From positions 88,225 to 112,224 of the forward strand of contig CAKZOI010000035.1 of the NCBI GenBank assembly GCA_937136395.1: DNA of 24,000 nt. Reading direction: 5' to 3'. A model generated the notes under the pieces. The model saw only the letters and a list, made by a program, of their open reading frames with translations, made no database searches and was not told where the DNA came from. This stretch comes from an uncultured Opitutia bacterium. GTDB taxonomy: Bacteria > Verrucomicrobiota > Verrucomicrobiia > Opitutales > Coraliomargaritaceae. Position numbers and translations under genes: made by a program. Numbering within the stretch: position 1 is the stretch's first letter; each line of letters begins with the position of its first letter. Positions 10,989 through 17,773 of the stretch are shown one piece after another.

Positions 10989-11453
10989 TTAGGCCGTTTT
11001 AACTTTGAAGAGTGGTTGGCCGTATTCGACAGCTTCACCATTTTCGATGAGCACTTCTGTGACGGTGCCACCGATTTCAGCTTGGATCTCATTCATCACC
11101 TTCATGGCTTCGATGATGCATACGATGGAGTCTGCAGTGACTTTATCGCCAACCTTTACGAAGGCAGGGCTTTCTGGCGAACTCGCGCTGTAGAAAGTGC
11201 CAACCATGGGTGATTTTACGATTTCGACGCCTTTTTCCTCTACAGGTGCAGCAGCGGCTGCGGGAGCCGCAGTAGGCGCAGCGGTTGCGGGCGCGGCAAC
11301 AGGTGCGGGAGCTGCTGCTTGGATGATTTGAGGTGCCACGTCGCCGTTCTTGCGAGTGAGGCGGAGCTTGAAGCCTTCCTCCTCTAGTTCAAATTCGGAG
11401 AGCTCCGAACGTTTCATCAAGTCGACTACTTGCTTTATTGCTTTTAGGTCCAA
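10989..11453 (-). CDS. accB: Acetyl-CoA carboxylase, biotin carboxyl carrier protein
   Basis: 154 aa. It has an Ala/Pro-rich linker and a C-terminal biotinyl domain with the EAMKVMNEI biotinylation motif. It lies 9 nt upstream of accC. Confidence 0.95.
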   Translation of the reverse strand: MDLKAIKQVVDLMKRSELSEFELEEEGFKLRLTRKNGDVAPQIIQAAAPAPVAAPATAAPTAAPAAAAAPVEEKGVEIVKSPMVGTFYSASSPESPAFVKVGDKVTADSIVCIIEAMKVMNEIQAEIGGTVTEVLIENGEAVEYGQPLFKVKTA

Positions 11454-11743
11454 GGTGTTTCCTTTGTTAGGCGTTAATAAGTGAAGTGAGATCTTGTATT
11501 TCCGATCCAGAGGATCTGTATGCGAAAATAGTTATAGAGGTATCTAAGTGTAGCTTTTCAGAAGGTGCAATGCCTTTGTTGCCTATTTGGTTTCGCTTTG
11601 AACGCGCATTTTTGGTGTTCTCGTCGCGGAACTCGATTTTCTGCCAGTTTTTCTTTCTTGCTCGATTTAGTGATGCGTTACTCAATTATTCCCACGGTCG
11701 CTCTACTGGAAACTGTCTTTCATCTACAAGCTGTCTTCATTCT
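11454..11743. promoter_or_regulatory. Divergent intergenic region between accB (minus) and the acyl-tailoring operon (plus); presumed to hold both promoters
   Basis: This is 290 nt without a credible ORF. The track ORF 11486-12064 only becomes protein-like at about 11744. A near-direct repeat CTGTCTTTCATCTA / CTGTCTTCATTCTA sits at 11713-11744. I could not identify -35/-10 elements with confidence. Confidence 0.35.
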
Positions 11744-12064
11744 ATGCCGAAGGCCGAAATGCTCATTATGCCTAACTCTGAAGAAGTTGAAACTCTCGTG
11801 ATCGAATCAGTGCGCTTATTAGCCGAAGATTTTGATCTAGCCGCCTTGCAGCAGCCAAACTCGGCATCTGCCCTGTATGGAAATGAAGGAGTGCTCGATA
11901 GTATGGCACTGGTTAATTTGATCGCGGACATTGAGGATGCAGTTTCTGAGAAGTTCGGCGCTTCAATTACACTCGCCAATGAGAAAGCTATGAGCGCGCG
12001 CCAGTCTCCGTTCTTAAATGTAAAAACCCTTAGTCAAGCGGTTTTAGAGAGAATCGGCTCATGA
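11744..12064 (+). CDS. Acyl carrier protein-like phosphopantetheine-binding protein (ACP1)
   Basis: The C-terminal roughly 100 aa of ORF 11486-12064 read EEVETLVIESVRLLAEDFDL...GVLDSMALVNLIADIEDAVSEKFG. The DSM/L serine motif sits at the usual helix-2 position. Candidate starts are ATG 11744, 11759 and 11768. The stop overlaps the next gene's start (ATGA at 12061-12064). Confidence 0.7.
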   Translation: MPKAEMLIMPNSEEVETLVIESVRLLAEDFDLAALQQPNSASALYGNEGVLDSMALVNLIADIEDAVSEKFGASITLANEKAMSARQSPFLNVKTLSQAVLERIGS

Positions 12065-12756
12065 AACAGATTGTTATCACAGGCACGCGTAAGGGGATCG
12101 GTCGATCTTTAGCGGAACATTATTTAGCTTTGGGCTGGGGCGTGATTGGTTGCAGTCGTGGCGAGCCCTCAATTGAGCATGCTCAGTATCGCCACTATTC
12201 AGTGGACGTGAGCGATGAGGTGGCGGTCATTGAAATGGCGCGTGATGTTAAGCGACAATTCGGTGAGGTGGATGTTTTGTTAAACAATGCGGGCATCGCT
12301 TCGATGAACCACTGTTTGCTAACTCCTGGTTCGACAGTAAATAGTATATTGCAGACGAACGTTGTCGGCACATTTTTATTTTGCCGCGAGTTTGCAAAGC
12401 TCATGCGCAAGGCCGAGCAACCGCGAATCGTGAACTTTACAACCGTGGCACACCCGTTGAATTTGGAAGGTGAGGCGATTTACGCGGCTAGTAAGGCAGC
12501 AGTAGAGAGCTTGACTCGAATTATGGCGCGTGAATTGGCAGAGCTGGGCATTACCGTAAATGCGGTCGGCCCCACCCCTGTGTTGACAGATCTGATTAAG
12601 GGCGTCTCCTCCGAAAAAATGGATGCCTTGCTAGCGCGGCAAGCGATTCCACGTTATGGAAAGCCAGAAGATGTGATCAATGCTGTCGATTTCTTCATCC
12701 GTCCAGAAAGTGATTTTATTACGGGGCAAGTGCTTTATTTAGGTGGAGTGACGTAA
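12061..12756 (+). CDS. Short-chain dehydrogenase/reductase, FabG-like (SDR1)
   Basis: 231 aa. It has the cofactor motif ITGTRKGIGRSLA, NNAG, and the catalytic YAASK (YxxxK). Confidence 0.85.
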   Translation: MKQIVITGTRKGIGRSLAEHYLALGWGVIGCSRGEPSIEHAQYRHYSVDVSDEVAVIEMARDVKRQFGEVDVLLNNAGIASMNHCLLTPGSTVNSILQTNVVGTFLFCREFAKLMRKAEQPRIVNFTTVAHPLNLEGEAIYAASKAAVESLTRIMARELAELGITVNAVGPTPVLTDLIKGVSSEKMDALLARQAIPRYGKPEDVINAVDFFIRPESDFITGQVLYLGGVT

Positions 12757-12759
12757 GTT

Positions 12760-14088
12760 GTGAGCTGGATTGATCGCCAGTTTGCTGAGTTTGAGGATCG
12801 AGTAGCGTGCCATGAGGCCGGACGCCTGTGGACATATTCTGACTTTCTTGCTGAGGTCGATCGCTCTACCGAATTATTGGCTCCAGCAGTAGGCTCAAAG
12901 CCAGTCGTGATTGCAATTCATATGCAGGGCACGCTATTAGCGCTCGCAGCGATGCTTGCCGTGGCACGTCTAAAACAAGTTGCCCTGCCGCTTTCACCTC
13001 AGGCGACTTTAGCTGAACGGCTTGAGCAGCAGGGCATTGCTGGTGCATGCTTTGTGTTGACTGAGCAGGGGCTGGATTCGACGCAACTCAGTAGGGCGTC
13101 ATCAAAATGGTTTGGCGAGCTGGCGAAACGTGAGCATGCAGGCCTCGTCTTGTTTAGTAGCGGCACCAGCGGTGAGCCGAAGGGGATGCTGCATGATTTA
13201 GATGCTTTGCTAGACCGCTATCGCACGGTGCGCCCCCGCGGAGACCGGACTGTGCAGTTGCTATTGGCCGATCATATCGGTGGGCTTGATTCGGCGTTTC
13301 GCACTTTATTTGCGGGTTCGACCTTGGTTGTGCCAGAAGCCCGCACTGCAGTCGCAGTGGGTGAAGCGATTCAGCAGCATCGAGTGAATATACTGCCTGC
13401 ATCGCCGACGTTTTTAAATCTCATGTTGCTCGCGCATGTGCCAGAGAAATTTGATTGTTCGAGCCTCGAGGTCGTTGCATACGGTGCGGAGCCGATGCCG
13501 GAAGGACTGCTCGCTCGATTGATCGAGGCATTTTCCAAGGTTTCACTTCAGCAGAAGTTTGGCACGAGTGAGACGGGTGCCATTCGTATCAAGAGCCAGT
13601 GCACCGGTAGTTTGTTTTTCAAAATCGAGGATTCTGGTGTGGAGTGGCGTATCGAGAATGAGGAGTTGTGGCTGAAGACCAGTTCACGGATATTGGGCTA
13701 CTTAAATGCGGACGAGTCATCCTTGGAGGCCGATGGTTGGTATCGAACTGGCGACCTGGTTGAGGTGGCGGATGGTGGTTACATACGAATCATTGGGCGC
13801 CGTAGTGAACTCATTAATATCGGTGGTCAAAAAGTGCATCCCGCTGAGATTGAGCAGGTGGTCGCCGAGATTGATGGCGTTGATGCGTGCGCTGTCTTTG
13901 GTCAGCCCGCTCCCGTAACGGGGAGTATGGTGGCATGTGTGATTGTGACGACTGTCGATCGAGACCTGCGCTCATGGAAGCGCATGGTGCGGAACCATTG
14001 TCGGGGTAAATTAGCTGATTGGAAAATCCCTGTATCCATTGAATTGCGCGATGAGTTGTCGCTGACTGATCGTTTGAAGCGCGCATAG
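12760..14088 (+). CDS. Adenylate-forming acyl ligase (AMP-binding superfamily; likely acyl-ACP or acyl-CoA synthetase)
   Basis: 442 aa. Motifs are A3 [12 protein letters not shown]5-like FGTSETG, A7 YRTGD and A8 [20 protein letters not shown]. The GTG start lies 3 nt after the SDR1 stop. Confidence 0.85.
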   Translation: MSWIDRQFAEFEDRVACHEAGRLWTYSDFLAEVDRSTELLAPAVGSKPVVIAIHMQGTLLALAAMLAVARLKQVALPLSPQATLAERLEQQGIAGACFVLTEQGLDSTQLSRASSKWFGELAKREHAGLVLFSSGTSGEPKGMLHDLDALLDRYRTVRPRGDRTVQLLLADHIGGLDSAFRTLFAGSTLVVPEARTAVAVGEAIQQHRVNILPASPTFLNLMLLAHVPEKFDCSSLEVVAYGAEPMPEGLLARLIEAFSKVSLQQKFGTSETGAIRIKSQCTGSLFFKIEDSGVEWRIENEELWLKTSSRILGYLNADESSLEADGWYRTGDLVEVADGGYIRIIGRRSELINIGGQKVHPAEIEQVVAEIDGVDACAVFGQPAPVTGSMVACVIVTTVDRDLRSWKRMVRNHCRGKLADWKIPVSIELRDELSLTDRLKRA

Positions 14089-14146
14089 CATTCATCTCCC
14101 TAAAATGGGCTTTCACTTTTGTGTGATCCTATGCATCGTCACTCTT

Positions 14147-15229
14147 ATGGCAAAATCCAGTTTTAACCATGTTCAAATCGGCGGGGTCGTTACCTGTGTG
14201 CCGCCGCTTGAAAAATGTATCGATGATGAATTGGAGTTGTTCGGTGGGAATGCGAAGCAAATCGCCCGTTTAAAGAAAACGATAGGCTTGGATCGCCGCC
14301 GCGTCGTGGAGTCCGGGACGACGGCTGCGGATCTCTCTGAAACCGCTGCAAAGCGCTTGCTTGAGCAGGCTGGGCTCACGCCCGATGCAGTGGATGCGCT
14401 CATTTTTGTGACGCAGACACCCGATTACGCCCAGCCATGTAATGCTGCAGTTCTACATGGGCGTTTAGATTTACCTAAAAGCTGCGCGGCTTTAGACGTC
14501 AACTTAGGCTGTTCTGGTTATGTGTATGGGCTTTGGTTGGCGCACATGATGGTCAGCTCAGGTGGTTGTGAACGTGTCTTGTTGCTTGCGGGCGATACGA
14601 TCAGTCGAATCGTGAATCCCAAAGATCGCGCTGTGGCACCTTTGTTTGGCGATGGCGGTAGTGCGACTTTAGTTCAGCGCAGTGAGTGCGCGAGTGCTGC
14701 GTGGTTCAGTCTCGAAACAGATGGTAAAGGTTTTGATAAGTTGATCGTTCCTGCTGGTGGTCAGCGCGCGCCAAGTTCTACGGAGACTCAAGTTGAAGTC
14801 ACCGATGAGGCGGGTAATATTCGGTGCCAGGAAAACCTCTTTATGGATGGTGCGGAGATCTTTAACTTCTCTATCGTCGAGGAACCGAAAGCGGTGCGCG
14901 AATTAGTCGAGTATGCGGGTCTTGATATGGACGCGGTGGATTATTTTGTCTTTCACCAAGCGAATCGCTATATATTGACCAATATCGCGAAGCGCCTAAA
15001 AATCGATTTAGCAAAAGTTCCGATGCAAACTGTCGAACGCTATGGGAATCAGAGTTCAGCGTCGATCCCATCGGCGATGTGCGGTGAGTTGCATGATACT
15101 TTACGTAGTGCTGATTCAACGCGAGTTTTATTGTCAGGATTTGGCGTTGGGCTCTCTTGGGCGAGCGTTATTTTGGATATTGCCGAACTGCCCGTTTGTG
15201 AAATCATTGAATATTCTAGCTGTAATTAG
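14147..15229 (+). CDS. 3-oxoacyl-ACP synthase III (KASIII/FabH-like)
   Basis: All three catalytic triad contexts are present: Cys in [10 protein letters not shown], His in [11 protein letters not shown] and Asn in [10 protein letters not shown]. The track ORF starts at 14105, but the extra [14 protein letters not shown] is atypical. I prefer the ATG at 14147. Confidence 0.85.
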   Translation: MAKSSFNHVQIGGVVTCVPPLEKCIDDELELFGGNAKQIARLKKTIGLDRRRVVESGTTAADLSETAAKRLLEQAGLTPDAVDALIFVTQTPDYAQPCNAAVLHGRLDLPKSCAALDVNLGCSGYVYGLWLAHMMVSSGGCERVLLLAGDTISRIVNPKDRAVAPLFGDGGSATLVQRSECASAAWFSLETDGKGFDKLIVPAGGQRAPSSTETQVEVTDEAGNIRCQENLFMDGAEIFNFSIVEEPKAVRELVEYAGLDMDAVDYFVFHQANRYILTNIAKRLKIDLAKVPMQTVERYGNQSSASIPSAMCGELHDTLRSADSTRVLLSGFGVGLSWASVILDIAELPVCEIIEYSSCN

Positions 15230-15279
15230 AACCTTGTTAGGCGCGCCGTGAGCAGGTATTAGTCTTTTAAATACACCCC

Positions 15280-15504
15280 ATGAGTTTAGAAAAATTTGTA
15301 GAAGATTTCGAAGAGGCCGTCGAAGATGTCGAGCCTGGGTCATTAACCGCTCTCACAAAGTATCGAGAACTTGAAGCCTGGGATTCGCTAGCAGTTTTGA
15401 CTGTCATCGCAATGGTCGATGCAGAATACGATGTGCGCCTTAAAGCAGAAATGCTGAAAGCTAACGACACCTTAGAAGCGCTGTATGCACAAGTGTGTGG
15501 ATAA
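15280..15504 (+). CDS. Acyl carrier protein (ACP2)
   Basis: 74 aa and acidic, with the serine attachment motif in LEAWDSLAVLTVIAMVDAEYDV. Confidence 0.75.
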   Translation: MSLEKFVEDFEEAVEDVEPGSLTALTKYRELEAWDSLAVLTVIAMVDAEYDVRLKAEMLKANDTLEALYAQVCG

Positions 15505-15510
15505 ATTTAA

Positions 15511-16251
15511 ATGATGACGACTGCAGCCAAATTCGAGAATCAACAGATACTAGTTGTTGGTGCGACTGGTGGGCTCGGGGCAGCGATTGCGCGTCAACTG
15601 CAAGAGGAGGGTGCGCGTTTAATTCTAGCTGGTCGTGATACGGAAAAGTTGTCGGCCTTGGTCAAGGATTTGGAGTGCGACTCAGTTGCCGTGGACTTGG
15701 CAAATGCCGAAGGCCGCTTTCAGTTGGTAGATGCAGTCGATGCGCTAGATGGCCTCGTCTATGCCGCCGGCGTGGCACCTATAGCGCCCGTGCGCTATCT
15801 CAAAGATGCAGATGTAGACAGTTGCTTGAACCTAAATGCTGCCGCGCCCTGGTTACTTGTTCGCGATTTACTGAAAAAGAAAAAGTTAAATTCAGGCGCG
15901 TCGATTGTGTGCTTATCGTCAGTTGCTGCGGGCCGAGGCACTGCTGGGTATTCGGCATATTCCGCTAGCAAAGCTGCACTGGAGGCATTTGTGCGCTGCC
16001 TAGCGCTTGAGATCGCACCGAAAGGAATGCGAGCAAATTGCATCGCACCAGGTATGATTGAGACCGACATGACCGAAGCAGCTGCGGAGCGAATTTCCGA
16101 TGAAGCGCTCGCCGAACATTTAAAAGCTTATCCACTTGGAGTTGGAAAGCCTTCTGATGTGGCTGAGGCGACTTCATTCTTACTATCAGAAGCGTCCCGT
16201 TGGGTGACGGGGATTACCCTGTCAGTAGATGGTGGCTATTCGATCCACTAG
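15511..16251 (+). CDS. Short-chain dehydrogenase/reductase, FabG-like (SDR2)
   Basis: 246 aa. It has VVGATGGLGAAIARQL, LSSVAAG and the catalytic YSASKAALEAF. Confidence 0.85.
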   Translation: MMTTAAKFENQQILVVGATGGLGAAIARQLQEEGARLILAGRDTEKLSALVKDLECDSVAVDLANAEGRFQLVDAVDALDGLVYAAGVAPIAPVRYLKDADVDSCLNLNAAAPWLLVRDLLKKKKLNSGASIVCLSSVAAGRGTAGYSAYSASKAALEAFVRCLALEIAPKGMRANCIAPGMIETDMTEAAAERISDEALAEHLKAYPLGVGKPSDVAEATSFLLSEASRWVTGITLSVDGGYSIH

Positions 16252-16274
16252 TTGTCTTTAAGTTCTGATCCATT

Positions 16275-16907
16275 ATGAAAAAACTGATTATTGTAGGCGC
16301 AGGAGGATTCGGTCGCGAAGTGTATGCGTGGGCAAAGCAGCATCCAGATTGTGGCCAGGTTTGGGAGCTCGCTGGTTTTCTTGACGATGATTTATCGGTT
16401 CTCGATGGCTATGATTATTCGGTCAATGTGCTTGGGCCTATTGAAGGGTATATGCCCGCGGAAGATGAAGTCTTTGTTTGTGCGATCGGTGCTCCTGAAA
16501 TCAAAAAAAAGGTTTGTGAGTCTCTGCTAGCGAATGCGGCGACTTTTATCAATTTGGTCCATCCATCGGTTATCCTTGGTGAGAATATACGCTTGGGCGT
16601 CGGTGTTGTGCTTTGCCCGCGAGTGACGTTAACTGCGGATATTTCGATCGGCGACTTCGTGGCGATAAATTGTCACAGCAGTGCGGGGCACGATGTCACG
16701 ATCGGTGCTTGGGCGACGATTAGCGGGCACTGTGATTTGACTGGGAATACCAGCTATGGCACGGGCGCGTTTCTAGCGACAGGTGTGCGGATTGCGCCGA
16801 GTAAATCTGTCGGCAAGCTCGCTTATGTGGGTGCTGGTTCTGTCGTGATCCGCTCAGTCAAGGATGGTCAAAAAGTCTTTGGTAACCCCGCTCGCGTGAT
16901 CGCTTAG
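16275..16907 (+). CDS. NeuD/PglD-family left-handed beta-helix acyl/acetyltransferase
   Basis: 210 aa. The N-terminal Rossmann-like motif is MKKLIIVGAGGFGREVYAWA. LAGFLDDD follows, then hexapeptide-repeat-like segments (IGDFVAINCHSSAGHDVTIGAWATISGHCDLTGNTSYGTGAFLATGVRI). Confidence 0.8.
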   Translation: MKKLIIVGAGGFGREVYAWAKQHPDCGQVWELAGFLDDDLSVLDGYDYSVNVLGPIEGYMPAEDEVFVCAIGAPEIKKKVCESLLANAATFINLVHPSVILGENIRLGVGVVLCPRVTLTADISIGDFVAINCHSSAGHDVTIGAWATISGHCDLTGNTSYGTGAFLATGVRIAPSKSVGKLAYVGAGSVVIRSVKDGQKVFGNPARVIA

Positions 16908-17602
16908 AGAGCGCTGCTTTGCTCGCTCTCAGAAAGACCGAGCTCAGATAGGCTTGCGAGGATCTCTTCAAAACCTGCGGTTTTTTTGAGTTGTTCGAGG
17001 CTCCGATTGCTTGATAGGCGAATGAAAAATTGCTCTTGGCGCAAGTCGAGTCCGTGCTCCTTGATATCGATGAGTGCACCGAAAATATTGTGACCGCCTT
17101 GCTGCTTGTAGCCAAAGGCGGTGCCACCTACTAAGTGCCAAAAGTAGACATTTTGTGCAGTGCCGTTCTTTTCATACACGCCAAATTCTGCGGGTTGGAA
17201 TTCGGTATCTCCATTTTGAAAGGGCACGCTATATTCGCGGTCGGTGCAGGTCCATCCGTTTTGCACCCAGCAAGTGTCGGGGGTGTGTGCGCCTGCCCAG
17301 CGATAGGATGCTTTGCCTGGGCTCCAGTAGGCGATGTATAGACCAACGAAAGCATCGCCTTTTTCGAAGACGCGAAAGAGCGCATCGTCAAAATTCAGGA
17401 ACTCGCTGATACGGGCGCTGGATTCTGGCGACTCCGCCATATCTAGGTCATTAATTTTCCATCCACTGAGTTCACTTGGGACGATCTCGGCAATTTGTTG
17501 GTGCAAGGTCGCTTCTGGGGGAGGCACAATGGTGAAGTAGCCACGCAGGCCGATGGCGGAAGCGAGCGTGATGAAGCCAACGATAAATAGGATCTTTTTC
17601 AT
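16904..17602 (-). CDS. EpsI-family (exosortase-associated, DUF3485-like) protein
   Basis: It has an N-terminal TM/signal segment (MKKILFIVGFITLASAIG). It then shows the pattern I associate with EpsI: WK..D....E....L..DD...R.Y, followed by VGLYIAYW....ASYRWAGAHTPDTCWVQNGW and VYFWHLVGG. The ATG at 17600-17602 is preferred over the TTG at 17620. The stop codon overlaps the stop codon of the convergent NeuD-like gene. Confidence 0.6.
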   Translation of the reverse strand: MKKILFIVGFITLASAIGLRGYFTIVPPPEATLHQQIAEIVPSELSGWKINDLDMAESPESSARISEFLNFDDALFRVFEKGDAFVGLYIAYWSPGKASYRWAGAHTPDTCWVQNGWTCTDREYSVPFQNGDTEFQPAEFGVYEKNGTAQNVYFWHLVGGTAFGYKQQGGHNIFGALIDIKEHGLDLRQEQFFIRLSSNRSLEQLKKTAGFEEILASLSELGLSESEQSSAL

Positions 17603-17622
17603 AGCAAAGTGGAGAAGCAATA

Positions 17623-17658
17623 TGCCTTGTTTGATGCGGTTCTCAAGTAAACAAGGCA
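17623..17658. repeat. Perfect 10-bp inverted repeat TGCCTTGTTT-N16-AAACAAGGCA in the epsI/SNF2 divergent intergenic region
   Basis: Read directly: 17623-17632 is the reverse complement of 17649-17658. It lies about 20 nt upstream of the preferred epsI start. Confidence 0.75.
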
Positions 17659-17773
17659 GTATTTAAGTGAGTAGTTGGGGAAAAATACGTACTATTCTAT
17701 TCATGGTAGTGAGATCAACCCGCAATAGTCCTTGCGGCGCGTATTCTAAAAAAGCTATCCTGTAGGACTTTCT

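Noticed and set aside
11240-11321. A GC-rich low-complexity repeat at the DNA level (gcagcggctgcgggagccgcagtaggcgcagcggttgcgggcgcggca...).
   Set aside because: It encodes the Ala/Pro-rich flexible linker of AccB ([26 protein letters not shown]). This is a normal feature of biotin carboxyl carrier proteins, not an independent repeat element.
11486-11743. The 5' part of the 192-aa ORF 11486-12064, which would make the ACP-like protein twice as long.
   Set aside because: The first 86 codons ([27 protein letters not shown]...FFFLARFSD) are Cys/Phe-rich and low in complexity, with no carrier-protein features. The ACP-like fold fits only the last roughly 100 aa. I treat this region as intergenic/promoter.
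14105-14146. The upstream start of the KASIII ORF, which would add a hydrophobic [15 protein letters not shown]-terminus (a possible membrane anchor).
   Set aside because: KASIII enzymes are soluble and normally start a few residues before the first beta-strand. The ATG at 14147 gives a typical N-terminus. The extension remains possible, but nothing else supports it.
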